64,000 nucleotides of DNA from Cyanidioschyzon merolae (lineage: Eukaryota). The translations under genes were made by a program, and so were the position numbers. Positions 22,395 to 34,447 of this stretch are shown one piece after another. The notes beneath the pieces are model-generated. The model made no database searches, was not told where the DNA came from, and worked only from the letters and a program-made list of their open reading frames with translations. The stretch lies in the NCBI GenBank assembly GCA_000091205.1, contig AP006483.2; one strand, given 5' to 3'. Position 1 is the stretch's first letter, and each line of letters starts with the position of its first letter.

Positions 22395-24518
22395 ATGGGA
22401 AGAAAACGTGTGAAGCGTTCACAGCTTTCTGGCGGTCATGGCGCTGGGTCCGACGATGCGCTGGTACAGCGTCAGCTCCGGGTCGAGGGCACTGCCGGTG
22501 TTCTCAAGTTCCAGAGCAGCGATGCACAGTACGCGCTGGCCTCCTGGTGGCTTACACAGTGGAAACAGGTCACGCGTAGCAAGCTGGACGCAAAAGGAGG
22601 TAACGCGCGAGACTCGATTCTAGAAAAACTGTGCAAACTGGCAAACGCGGAGCACCTGTGGGAGCAGCCACCGCTCGAGACGTCCGTCAGTGCCGCGGAC
22701 TGGGGTTCGCTCTTTTCCCAGATGAAGAACGATCCAAAATACTTTTCCTCAAGCGTGTATACGGCGCTAAGTATGTGGATGCAGCGAGCAATGACGCGAA
22801 CAAAGGCGGCCGATTCGAGCGAGCTTGCGACGCTCGTCGAGACACTGACTTGTTGGGCGACCTGCGACGCACGCGCTCTGGTTCCTCTGCTTGCGTACTT
22901 TGCAGGCACCGCAGTGGATGCTACTGACGACCGGCTCCAGCATGAGCTACGTGAACGCAGTTGGTCGATCCTAACAGCGGACACGTCGAGCATGGCCGAG
23001 CGACTCCTTGCCACCGAGGCCCTGAGCATGCTCGCCATCGCGGATCCCAGTGCCTTGTTGTACAGGGCGTTGGATGCTCTTCATGAACTGGAGGAGCGTG
23101 CCCTGAGTCGGTGCTCTGAAACCCCCGAAGCGCCCAGACATGACACAGATGATGCCGAGGCGGCGTTCACAGTCGCGATCATGCTCAGGGACAGGCATCG
23201 CGCCCTGAGCAGGTTGGTCGCCCAGCTGCTTCGGCACTGGCATCGACTATCCGAGGCACCGTTGCACCTGCCCGCACGGCACCTGTCCTTCAGGGCTATC
23301 AGCGAGGATAGCATCAACGTTTACAATGACGTCAATGGTGCGCTGCCGCTGCCACTGGAGCTATGGCTGCATGTACGCCCAGCATGGCATCAGGATATCC
23401 TCCTGATCTGGGAGGCATCCTTGGAAAGGTTCGGCGTTGCAACGCTTCCCGTGGTAACCAAGTGGCTCACCGACGCGGTGCGCTGTTGCCCAGGGAGCTC
23501 CGCATTGCACCGCCTGCTTTACCAGGCGTGTTGCCGAGTCGGGATCGCTGCAGCACCGTCTGTGGAACGCTACTTGGTGACGTATGTGGCAAAGCGTCTT
23601 ACGAATCTGAATGAGAGCGCAAGCTCCCAGACGAGCTGGTGCAAGCTCATCATCGCCGTTTATCGATCCCCAGCAGCGTGTGCGATGCTATCGTCGGGTA
23701 TCACGCAGGCGTTGGCAGAGGCGCTTCGCGTTCTCCTTTCCCAGAATGACGTCGCTTTTAGGGAGCAGAAGACCTGGGCGGCACGAGCACTTGTCGTGAT
23801 GGCGGGTACAGCGCGGGATGCACACGCGCTGGAATGGGTTGCCCGCCGCATCCAGCGCGATAGAGCGTTGCGGCACGAGGCAGGGGCGCTTTTCGAGGCG
23901 CTCTCGCATCCACGCGGCTTTCCGCTCGAGTCGTTTGCAACACAGTCGATTTTACTCGATGCAAAGCACCAGAACGGGGAGCAAGAGGCTAAGCGGAGAC
24001 CCGCTCACGGGCTGCGTTCCACTCCGGCGCTGCCTGCAAGTCGCGGCGGGGCGCATACCGACGAGCCGGACTGGCGTTTGCAGGTCCCGGGCCAGTCGGA
24101 CTCGGTGCGTACCCGGCCAACCGCGGATGCCGCTCTAGCGTCAGACCAGAGCAGCGACCTGAAGGCGGCGGCATTGCTCGATGCGACTCCGTCGTCCGCA
24201 CAAGGCGAGAATCCTCTGCACCCGGAGACGCTTTTCGCGAGCGTGCGCCAGCCGACCCGAACAGAGGTACCAGCGGTGCAGGTATCATGTGCGGTAGACG
24301 AGAATTTGTATGATCAGGGGAGCATGGCGTTGTGCGGCAGCGAGCCGCTGAGGTCAACGTCGGATACACTGGAGGACCACGATGGTGCGAGCGACAGCGC
24401 TTCGGCGTCGTCGATCGAAGCGCTCGTTCAGCGGGTTGTGGATGCAAGCCCGTCACCCAGCCCTAGCTCAGAGCAATGGAGCAGTGACGACGATTCCGAG
24501 GCATCCTCCTGTTCCTGA
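22395..24518 (+). CDS. Hypothetical protein, 707 aa, helical repeat-like body with an acidic Ser/Asp-rich C-terminus
   Basis: Long ATG-initiated ORF with protein-like composition; no family recognised. Confidence 0.45.
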   Translation: MGRKRVKRSQLSGGHGAGSDDALVQRQLRVEGTAGVLKFQSSDAQYALASWWLTQWKQVTRSKLDAKGGNARDSILEKLCKLANAEHLWEQPPLETSVSAADWGSLFSQMKNDPKYFSSSVYTALSMWMQRAMTRTKAADSSELATLVETLTCWATCDARALVPLLAYFAGTAVDATDDRLQHELRERSWSILTADTSSMAERLLATEALSMLAIADPSALLYRALDALHELEERALSRCSETPEAPRHDTDDAEAAFTVAIMLRDRHRALSRLVAQLLRHWHRLSEAPLHLPARHLSFRAISEDSINVYNDVNGALPLPLELWLHVRPAWHQDILLIWEASLERFGVATLPVVTKWLTDAVRCCPGSSALHRLLYQACCRVGIAAAPSVERYLVTYVAKRLTNLNESASSQTSWCKLIIAVYRSPAACAMLSSGITQALAEALRVLLSQNDVAFREQKTWAARALVVMAGTARDAHALEWVARRIQRDRALRHEAGALFEALSHPRGFPLESFATQSILLDAKHQNGEQEAKRRPAHGLRSTPALPASRGGAHTDEPDWRLQVPGQSDSVRTRPTADAALASDQSSDLKAAALLDATPSSAQGENPLHPETLFASVRQPTRTEVPAVQVSCAVDENLYDQGSMALCGSEPLRSTSDTLEDHDGASDSASASSIEALVQRVVDASPSPSPSSEQWSSDDDSEASSCS

Positions 24519-27500
24519 GGAGGAGCCTGCAACACTACATCCATGAACCGGATCGACAACGCCGTGTGTTTATCAGCAGCACTGCATGCAGCAAGCGGAT
24601 GTGTGCTCCGCATTCAAGGTGCTGCGAGGACGCTTGTTTTCTCACGGAAATGCCGGACGCTCCATGCGTATGGACCCTGATATCGACGCACTTGATCTGT
24701 GGTTAGATGTATCCAGAACTAAGCGTCTCCGGATGTTGCTTCATGTCGCACAGGCAATTGTCCGTTGGTGCATCCAGTCCGGAATCCGTTGATCCCTGTC
24801 GCTGATATGAGAAGAGGCATCGCGGATGTGTTTCGGAATCCGGTACGGTCGTCTGGAATCATCATCAGCTGCAACAGATAGACCCAGAGGTGCATCGTGC
24901 AGGACGGTACCTGGATCGCTTCCAGAGCCTACGACACGCCGTCGACGCGAACTCGTTGCGCTGATATCCGCAAGCGTTTCGAGACCGTTCTCGATGACCT
25001 CAAGTGCGATGGTGACGACGACAGCTCGTACACCCCCCGAAGGAACACCATCCAACGCGCACAAGCTCGACACTGACCGTGATCACTGTGCACCGAGACC
25101 ATATTCAGACACAAGCTCGGCGCGTATCGTATCGACTGCATTGATATGAACCGGACCATGCATCATCGTCGTGATTCGCATCGTGAGGCAGAGGTCCGCT
25201 CCTGAGCGTCCCATCGTCCAGAAGATGGTGCACTAGGCGCTCGACGATGACGCAGGAGTCGCGCATCCGCAGCGGCGACTCCCTGGTCCTCGCTGCATCT
25301 TCATCGTATGTGTGTGTTTGTGTTTGCGTGAGCAGCACAGCTGATGCCAGCGGTGTTCTGTGCGTCCGACGCACTGCCCAGCATCCGACACGTTACGAGA
25401 AGTGGGTACGCTCATCGTGTCATGTCGCCAGTAGGTGTGCCGTTGCTTGGACTCTTTCTCAGACGCCTGGGGAAATGTTTCGTTCATCGTGAAAACGGGA
25501 CAAGATATGGCACTGCTTCGCATGCAGCCAAGGCAGCCGCGGATATGGCCGCAGCAATGCATGAGTCGCTCGTGCCTGTCGGTTGCTTCCGCACAGCGAC
25601 TCGCGAGGTGCTGCTACCACAATGACGTTGACGCTGATGATGACTCGAAGAAAGGCACATGGGAACGATCCCTCGGGCGTTGATCTCATTTCGGTCTGGA
25701 CACGTTCGGGGTGCTCGGAGGATCGTTCGGAAGTGACGCTTTCTGTGGGATACGCGGACGCCAGCGACAACGGCAGCAAGAGTCGCACGCTGGAGGCGGC
25801 CGCCTCTTGATGATAGCATCCCCTGTGCCGTGTCCTTCTAGGAAAACGAAACGCACATGCGATATCACGACCCCGTTACACTCATTGGAAACTCTAGTGG
25901 AACGGATGCACAAATCTCGGTCGTGGACACCAAAGTCTTCTTTTCATTCCATTGTCGTCAAAACGGACGTTTGTAGGCTCTTTCTGTGACATGGTTCGCT
26001 TCCCCTCATGTATCGAAGGCTTTCATCACATATCGATCCCGCATTTGCGTCAAGCGCCGGTGTCAGTAGTCGAAGCAAGTTCACGGCAGCGTCCGAGTCT
26101 CGATGACGCTGCTTTCAGTTGGAGCCGACGCCTTTCATGCACAGGCGGTCGTTACGACCTACGCTTCTCTCGCGCTTCTCATCTTCTTTGCTTGGAGCCT
26201 CTTTGCGCCCGTTGGAGCGTCGATACTCGACAGTGATCAAATGTTTCTGGTTTCCACCAGATAACCTCCAGCGGGTGTCGTGCTGCGGTGCATGAACGCT
26301 TGCGTCAGTGCTCGGCATACGCCTTTGACTGGTACCGGTGGCTACCCTGGTTGTCCTTTTCCGGTCCCGCGTCCGATGGTCTGCCGTACGATTACGGGCT
26401 TCTCCTGGTCGATGCGCTTGTCGCGTACGCTCTCTGCTGTACGAGCAGCTGCAAGATATTCCATCCAATTCGGAATTAGTGGAACGCAGTGTTATCCATG
26501 GTCGAGTGAGCACCGAAATGAAAATCCAGCAAGGAGAACAAGTCGAGAAATATCGATCCTCGTACGCGCCCTTGTTGCAAAGCAGTGACAGACACTCCAC
26601 TAGACGCGATTCCTGCAAGTTCGCAAGTTCGAGTCCAAGATTCTTCTCCCATTCAAGTTCATGGAACGGAATCCTCTGGGAGCATATCTCGTGAGAGGTA
26701 TGATACTGGCGTGGAATCGCACTTCGACGATTGCGAAAAACGCGAGCAGGATATGTACCCCAAACAGCATTGATGTTTGTTCCATGTGTCCAATGAAGCG
26801 ATCATTCGGCAGCTGCTCTTGAAAACGTCGTCGATGGACGACGTTGCGAATTTTCCATCTTTAATCCAGGAACGTGAACCAGTAAGCCCAAGCGTTTCTT
26901 GGAAACGCCAGTATCGAAAGTTTTGAAGCAGGCACAACACAGGCATGCCGCACGTCAACGACGGAGACCATTGGCGGCTTATGTGTCATATTTTAGACAA
27001 CCATATGCGTTCTTTTACGGACTCCTGATGGAAAACGTCACGAAACATCTTGGTTCCGGTGACGTCAAGAACACCAGCAGCAAAGCGTCGAAGGTGCCAC
27101 TCCAGAAAAACAAAGCCACCGAGAATCCAAAACCAACATACGCATCCGAAAGCCCTCTGTTGCGGTACTTCAGTTCACGGCGCTGTTCATCTAAGGAGCT
27201 GTGCGGAAACGCAATGGAATAACAGGAAAAGAGCGCGCAGTTCAGTGCTCCACTTTAAACTGAAAAGTTTTCAAGCACGTTACCTGCCCGACATACATAC
27301 ACACATACATAAACATACAGCTTCGTCTCTGAAGCGTCTTGATAGCCACGACGACAGCGTCTCCTCGAAGTGCGGCATGCAACCCGGATGTATCGCCTCG
27401 CAGGGCGTCTGAGTGATCCAACGACAAAGCGATGCCGAATGGCTTCACGAGACGCTGGCTCGTACAGTGTTCAATAGCTTCTCGAACAGGTGCACTGAAC

Positions 27501-27787
27501 GCTGCCCTGGCTGTTGACAACACTTGAACGCATCCGAAGGCGTCTGGTGAAGTGCACTGAGCGGAACCGGTACGGAACGCTCCGCAGGGGCCCTGACCTG
27601 AGCCCTGCCCTCGAGTTACCTGTTCTTGTGAGGAGCACCCAAGGACGCGAACGTCTGCCTCGAAGCTACCGAGGCGCTGTACTCTGGAACGTACGCTAGA
27701 AGGAGCCGGGACACCAGATTCACAAGTTTTTGGTTCGGTTTCCCAGGACGGTACACCGCTACGACTAGCCGGCTCTCTGGCTGTGCT

Positions 27788-29135
27788 GTGATGCTGGGGT
27801 TTTGCGCCGGTTGGGCACGTCCCCGAAGCACACATCGACGACGCTCTTTACCTTCGGACGCATGGGCGCTGACCCCTGACCCGTTGGCTCGACAACAGCA
27901 ACGCACTTCATATGCGGAAAGGAGCGCCGCCAAGCGTGGATGCACCCGGTGGTTGCGAGCGGCGCAAGCTGGGGATCCTGCAGCCTGCCCGGCGACGTCG
28001 ACCTCGTTGCAGGCAAGTACGAAGCTGATCCACACCGCTGGGGTAGAGCGAGTGTACCTCGTCCGCTGCAGCCGCGTTTGGGTCCCGCCAGCGTGCCGGA
28101 CGCGTGCTGCTGGGCTGCATCTTGCTATGCAGCCGGTGGCAGCGTCGCCTCCCTCTGGACAAGTAACAGGGGTGACTCGCTGGGAGCCGAACGTGCTCCT
28201 CTCAGCGGTCTTCCTGGGAGCACTCGTCATGAATATGGGTCTTTGGGTATGGAAGAGGCTTTCTTTGAGGCCTACCCGCACTGATGACGTCGTATCTGGC
28301 CAGGATACTGAACCGGCATTGGATCCCGACTACGCAGACCAGCAGCGTGCAGGTACGCGGCCAGCAGGCCTCAAGACCAGAGTCCGACAACCAGCTGAAC
28401 TGGACCAGGTCTCTGGGCCAGCGGCAAGTACAGACACGCCCAGTGCAGACGACAGCGAGCGTGTCGGGCTCGGTGAGACGCTGCGTCAGCTCAACAAACG
28501 TTTACGAGAGCTCGAAACGCGGCTTGCAGAGCAACAAAAGAGCAACCAAGCGCTCGAGCGCCAGAGTCGAGAGCTCGAGCAGCGGTATCGTGCAGAGAAA
28601 GCACGAAGGCAAGCTCTACGGAAAGAGCTTGCACAAATCGAAACAGCCTATCAACAATTGGAGAAAAGACATGAGGAGCAGATGGCTGCCCTGCGATCCA
28701 AAGCAGAGGCACAACTACAGGGTCTGAGGCGTACAGCCGAGAAGCGTTTGACGACGCTGCAGACGCAGCTTGAGGAGAGCATGGTGCAGGCAAAGAAATG
28801 GCAGAATCGGGCACAGGTGCTTTCGGCTCAGCTGGCATCACTTTCGGCGGATATGGAGTCGTTATCGGAACGCGAACAGGAGCTTCGGGGCCAGCATTCG
28901 GAAAAGTCACAGCGATACGCTGCGCTTCTGCGTGCATGGAAGCAGCTGCGTACAGACTACGAGGAGCTTCAGTCCAAACTGGACGCACGAACAGGGATGC
29001 TAGACGCCGAGTCCGAGGAGCGCGCCCGACTCGAACGACAGAATGCGCAGCTTCGCCAGCAGATCCAGGCGTGGATAGAGCATCACCGGGCATCCATTCC
29101 GTTCCCGGATGGTGCACCGAATGACGCTGGATCAT

Positions 29136-29179
<44 letters not shown>

Positions 29180-29629
29180 CCTGCGACAAGTGCTACGAAA
29201 CCGGAGAAGGGGCCCTCGGAGTCGGTAGCGTCCGAGACGCCACCTGCCAGCCCCGATGCGTCGTCGAGGATCCCGAGGCATCCGGGATTCTCTGGGCCTG
29301 CAACGAGCCGCAAAAGGCGAATCCGCGTCGATGCAGTCGATCACGTGCTCGAAGTGGGTTTCTTTCGGCAGGAGTTTAACGCTCCTGATACGACATCGTC
29401 AGCCGTCCATCCAGACAAGGCGCATTCGAATGAAGGCGTATCTGAGACCACACCACAAACGATGGCAACGAGGCCCGCCGAGCCCCATCCACCTACCAGT
29501 TCGATGCGAGCAAGTGTTTCCGTCAGCGCAGCAGCAGAAGAAGCAGCAGAAGAGACACGGGATGCGCGACCGCTCGAGGATACGGCTAGCGAGCAAGCGA
29601 GTGGCGTCGAGAAGCAGGCCGCCGATTGA
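27788..29629 (+). CDS. Transmembrane plus long coiled-coil protein (golgin/TANGO1-like architecture) with a poly-Ala tract; the true start may be an internal ATG (~27791 or ~28124)
   Basis: Hydrophobic helix 'VLLSAVFLGALVMNMGLWVW' followed by ~300 aa of heptad-like charged repeats ('LRELETRLAEQQKSNQALERQSRELEQRYRAEKARRQALRKELAQIE...'), then (A)17 encoded by (GCA)n, then a Ser/Pro-rich tail. The first codon in the track is GTG. Confidence 0.5.
29135..29178. repeat. (CAG/GCA)n microsatellite encoding a poly-Ala tract in the coiled-coil protein
   Basis: cagcagcagcagcagcagcagcagcagcagcagcagcagcc. Confidence 0.9.
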
Positions 29630-30036
29630 ATGGACCCTGACGACCTGTGATGCCGGGCAATGGCACCATCACCGATTTGCTGGATGAAGCGTACTACGAG
29701 CGGCAACAGATCACGCGCTTGCTCACAACCCCGTTAAACAGCGTACCTGGAGACCGCAACGATGGTGCCGAGAGCGTCACCAAAGTGGCTTGGTGCAACC
29801 GCCGGTCCATCTGGGCCACATGCCTAGAACCCGAGCATTGCAACACTGGCCTGGCGCTTGCAACAGACGGACACTCAGGCAAGGAGGCGGGTTCACGGCA
29901 CTAGAGAAAAACCGGGAGCAGACATGACGCTCTCGGACGATCGATGTGATTCACGAGCGAATTGATTCGCAGTTGCGTCGTGCCTGGGATACGCAAAAGG
30001 CGGCGGACACAACAATGTACAGGTGCTCAATACTGC

Positions 30037-31569
30037 TTATCCCATTTGATCGAGAGCGAGCGCTTCGATCAAATGCGACTGTCCCCGGCTACTGGCATCC
30101 AAATGGCTGCTATCCGGCATCAACGTTCGCCATGCGCGGGTCCGTAATACGTGTCGGCGGCTGGGCGTTGCTTTCGCGGATCGTCGTGGTGTCAGGTCGT
30201 CACGCTCGCGCTCTTCCATGTCGCGCGTTCGTGATCTGGGCAGTCGTAACAATCGACGCAGGGATGTCGAGTCAACAAGATCCACAAAAACGTCTGCACA
30301 TCGATTTCCAAATACCAGACCGTCTAGAATGTAGTCCCATTCGGTAGGGCGGAGCGCGCGCTGAAGTGCCCCCTGCATCTGCGACCATTGCAATGCATTA
30401 TCGAGCAATATGGTATTCGGGACGCTGTGTCCTACCAGGTCTGCGGGTTGCAAAGCTCGTTGCGGAGCCTCATGCCCAGGTTCGCTATCGACAGGTGTGC
30501 TCGTTGCCGCGAACCACAGCGCGTCGGAAGCATCGTTTGCACAAACCGATCCTGGTTGCAGCTGGATATCTGTGGAGGTTGCTGGATATGCTTCTTCTTC
30601 TTCTTCTGCTCCTTCTTCTTCAGCCGCTGCTGCTGGAATTGTTGTTGTTGTTGTTATTGTTCGCGGTGGTAGTGGTGTTCGTTCCAGCGCAGCCTGCGCA
30701 TCCTGTTGCCCTCGAGAGCGCCCTGGCTGGTCAAACGGAGCTGATGCTGATGATGTGGCGATCAGGGCTGCTGCCCCTGGGCCCGGGACTGTACTGCTAG
30801 CAGAAGCACCAGGCATTCTGGGTTCGGTCGCAGTCGCGCTAGAGGAGGGCGATCCTTCGACAACAGCAGTCGTGGCGGCAGCAGCAGTCGTCGCACAAGT
30901 GATCATGCTGCTGGCATTCCACGACGACGTGTCCCCGGGTGTCGGTACACGGGACGGTCCTGGACCGGGCCGCGAACTCGCCACGCGAGCAGTGCCGTTC
31001 ATCGATGCTGCGTCTATGTACCGTAGACGTAAATAGGGATGTCGGGTGATACGTCGACCGCCCCAAAGCCAGTACGGCAGCTCTGAGGGCAGGGTGATCT
31101 CGGCTTTAAAGCTCTCGACGTACTGGGACTCACTGAGCCGGATCTCGCTGCCCTTCACGTATCGACAAAACTCTGAAAATATGACAGAGAGGTTCCAGTT
31201 CTGTAGTCTTCGCAAACACATAATAACGAGACCGGTATTATGCCCTCCGTCACGACAATGGATAAAAAGCGGTTGGTTTCTCTGATCCAGCAGACAGAAG
31301 AGAATCGACGCTATCGTGCTTGGCGCAAGCGTTGGCACATCCTCGAACTTGTCCGCGTGCCAGTGCCACAGGCGAATTTTTTCGTTTTGGCAAAACTCGC
31401 GCAGGTCTTTCGTCGGTGCGTCGGCTGAGAGCGTTACGATCGACCGAAGTTGCAGACGGCGCAAGAAACGCCAGTTCTTCAGCGTGGGGTACGCGCCACG
31501 GTAGAGGCCGTCCTCCACGCACCCGAACCGGAACGGTGTGACCAGGGCGGGAAGCTCCCACTCCTGCAT
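30037..31569 (-). CDS. PFA-DSP (Siw14/Oca-like, Y_phosphatase2 family) phosphatase domain with a long low-complexity C-terminal tail, 510 aa. The active-site loop is atypical.
   Basis: The N-terminal ~170 aa match the plant/fungi atypical dual-specificity phosphatase fold: 'FRFGCVEDGLYRGAYPTLKNWRFLRRLQLRSIVTL...PLFIHCRDGGHNTGLVIMCLRRLQNWNLSVIFSEF'. The P-loop reads HC-RDGGH-N, not HC-xxGKH-R. Confidence 0.6.
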   Translation of the reverse strand: MQEWELPALVTPFRFGCVEDGLYRGAYPTLKNWRFLRRLQLRSIVTLSADAPTKDLREFCQNEKIRLWHWHADKFEDVPTLAPSTIASILFCLLDQRNQPLFIHCRDGGHNTGLVIMCLRRLQNWNLSVIFSEFCRYVKGSEIRLSESQYVESFKAEITLPSELPYWLWGGRRITRHPYLRLRYIDAASMNGTARVASSRPGPGPSRVPTPGDTSSWNASSMITCATTAAAATTAVVEGSPSSSATATEPRMPGASASSTVPGPGAAALIATSSASAPFDQPGRSRGQQDAQAALERTPLPPRTITTTTTIPAAAAEEEGAEEEEEAYPATSTDIQLQPGSVCANDASDALWFAATSTPVDSEPGHEAPQRALQPADLVGHSVPNTILLDNALQWSQMQGALQRALRPTEWDYILDGLVFGNRCADVFVDLVDSTSLRRLLRLPRSRTRDMEERERDDLTPRRSAKATPSRRHVLRTRAWRTLMPDSSHLDASSRGQSHLIEALALDQMG

Positions 31570-33204
31570 TAGTGAGGTTGTGTACGAAGCGAACCGCTGG
31601 AGTACGCAGTTACGCCCAAACTTGACCGGAGCCTCTGGCCCGCTTGCCCTGCTCTTATCCCGGTTCGCAGAAGCGTTCTCGCGTGCACAGCGTTGCCACC
31701 ACGTGGAGAATAGGAAACCGGAACGCTGAACAACTGGCTATGCGCTGCCTCGGGATTTGTTTTGCGAACTTGTTTTCCATGCAGAGTTTTGATATTCACA
31801 GTGAAGCTATAAGCGTTGACAGACTCATGCGTGGTTTGTGGATTCTCGGACGTCTTTTCGGAGTGGTTCATTCGACGGTTTGCTGTTGGAACGTGTGATG
31901 TCAACGGAATCAAGATGACTCGGTACGCTCTCGAGCACGGGTGCATGAGATAAGTGATTTGATTAAGCTGTTCATACTTGCAAGCCTCTATGATTCTCAT
32001 TTCCCTCCGTATACCATGCTCAAATGCCGCATGCTTCAATTGTTTGGAACAGTTCGTTTTGAGGCTGCTCGTAGGGCAGCTATCTGTGCGGACGCACTGA
32101 CGAGAAAAACTTCAGCGTCGTCATATGCGGAATCCTCCACAAGTTCAAGGAAAACGTTCTTCGAGACGAGCACGTCAAATCATCGATCTCGTTCGGAAAG
32201 ACAAACCTTCATCTCTTTGCGGCCATCAATGAGATGGACATCGACACCCGGCTGATTCCCCTCATGGGATATGCGTCAAGACGCCCCCGTCGCTTCTTTT
32301 TTGCACGGCAGAGCGCCTTGAACTCCGAATGCAGTCACCACAGCCATCGCTTCCGATGTCGAGTTCGGTACCGTGTTGCACGAAGCGAGCATGCGAGGAT
32401 CGAAAATGCTCCGCATGATTTCCGATGTTGATTCTTATTCGGTTACTCGTTTCATCATGGACGACATCGTGTTCTAGAAATCCTGTATCGAATGGACCAG
32501 CGTTCGCTACCCTCTGCAGCAGATAGAACAGGCTCAAAAGGGATCGCCCAGAAGAAAGCACGCGATCGAGGGATATCGTAAGGGGTACGGCATTGGGGAG
32601 GCGCTTCGAGGAGAGGCCCCACGGACGTGTTTCAAGAGCATGCATCAAGCGATGATATGAGTCTTCATGCGCCACAGGGCAGCGCCCGACGGTGGAGCTG
32701 TTGTTGAGCTTTCGGAAATACTGTCTATAGCAAAGTGTAACCGCTGCGGGGAGTGCACTGCAGAAGTAGGCAAAGGCGTAGAAAACGGCAAGCAAAGCGT
32801 AGCTCGCGACGAACTTCGGTACCTGAAAAATGTCGACAACAGCTGGAAGCTGCAAAATCGCGATGTTTCTGCTTCCATCAATACCTTTTGACTCCAAGCA
32901 ATAGAGCTGAAGGGAAAGAAGAGCCCGGCGTGTTTCATGCCAAAGCTCAACGGGAGAGGAAAACAATGCAGTTGAAGAAAAATCCGCCAGAAGCTAGTGT
33001 CGATGACAGTGGACAGTGATACAAACTTCAGCATGGACGCCCGAGTTGGCTGCGTGCGCCTTGCCCATTTCATTCGAACATGAGTATAACGCATCCGGCA
33101 TTCTACAGCAGCGATGACACCACATGGACAGGGACGAAGGATCTGGGCCCTAGACGATCCGCAGCGTTGCACGACGTGCGCACCTTGCGTATCCAGCCCG
33201 CTTC

Positions 33205-33370
33205 CCCGGATGCCTCCATGAAAACCATCATCGGGTATGTACCATGCATGGCGATGATGCGTTATTCAGTGAGAGGGAAATGCAAGCCTGCACGCCTTGC
33301 CCGAACGCCTCTATGAAAACCATCATCGGGTATGTACCATGCATGGCAACGATGCGTTTATCAAAGAACC
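33205..33370. repeat. Two direct copies of a ~60-bp segment with ~83 bp periodicity
   Basis: 'cctc[c/t]atgaaaaccatcatcgggtatgtaccatgcatggc[g/a]a[t/c]gatgcgtt' appears twice (~33215 and ~33298). Confidence 0.7.
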
Positions 33371-34447
33371 CGGGCTCGCGTGCTGCCTCGCAGCTGGTAC
33401 GCCATTTGCGTCGGACGCGCTCCAGTGCGTGGATCCGACTCGAGCGTGCGACAGTCAAGTTGCTTCATGGAGGCAGCTGTGGTGTCTGTTTAGGTAACCA
33501 GCGATCATCATCATTTTGCGCATTGGATTCTTTGGGATTCGCGTGAGCAAACCTATCACGGACGCATTAGAGAAGCAGAGGAAACACCTGATCTCTCGAA
33601 AGCGGACACCTGCCAGGGTACACGACAGAGCCCTTCTGTACTGATTCAACAGCCAGGGCTGCGCATTCAGCGCGATAGCTAACCCATGCACTCGACTCGA
33701 AATCGTCAAGTTTCCAGCAAGTACGGCGTTTCTCTATTGACACTGCATGCATCCTATTCTAGATGTTGTTGAACGCGACGGCTTCGTAACATCTACTGCG
33801 CTTTCATCCCTACCAACAAGTACAAGTGCCAGATCCACAGCCGGATCGCCAGAAGTATCGATCTCGTCCCGGAAAAAAGGACTTGGAGCCCGCATTGCCA
33901 GTCGCCCGCATCTCTAGGGCCGTTTGATGCACGCCGCAGCGGCACTGCGTCCATTGCTGGTGCAGCGCCAGCGCGGTACCCTCGGCGATGTCCGCTTTGT
34001 CCAGACCTAGGATCGATTTCGAGAGCGTGCCTCGCCTGCGTTCGACGCGAGGGCGTACACGTGTCCCATTTTCTCCTCCGACGGTTCCACGTTGTAGGCC
34101 TACCCGCGATCGCCGGCCATTCTTTTCTTTGCAGATTGGTGCACTTACCCAAATAAGGCAGTTCGGAGCGGGCATAGTTCTCCGCTCTATCTCTACTGCC
34201 AAGTCCGACACTTTTGGGGTTATCGGTGCAACAAGGCAGGTCTCGGTGTGAAACAAAACTGGCTTGGGCGCTAGCTGCCGGAACAAACCGCCTCGTACAG
34301 CATACCGTGCCTCAGGGCGAATACCCCTGGGAGCGGTGCTGAACATCGTAAAGTGCGTTCCAGATAACAAAGACTGTTCAGGGGGGTTTTGGTATCTGAT
34401 TGAACTTATTGCGAAAGCCTTTGACTCCATTGTTTTATTGGTTTGAC

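Noticed and set aside
26560-26650. tRNA-like T-loop motif 'gttcgagtcc'
   Set aside because: The flanking sequence cannot form a T-stem or acceptor stem; there is no cloverleaf. No tRNA could be supported anywhere by eye. tRNAscan-SE would be decisive.
30589-30660. (TTC)n / (GTT)n repeats generating several overlapping poly-L/poly-F/poly-C ORFs on the plus strand
   Set aside because: They lie inside the PFA-DSP gene's low-complexity tail on the opposite strand. They are microsatellite shadow ORFs, not genes.
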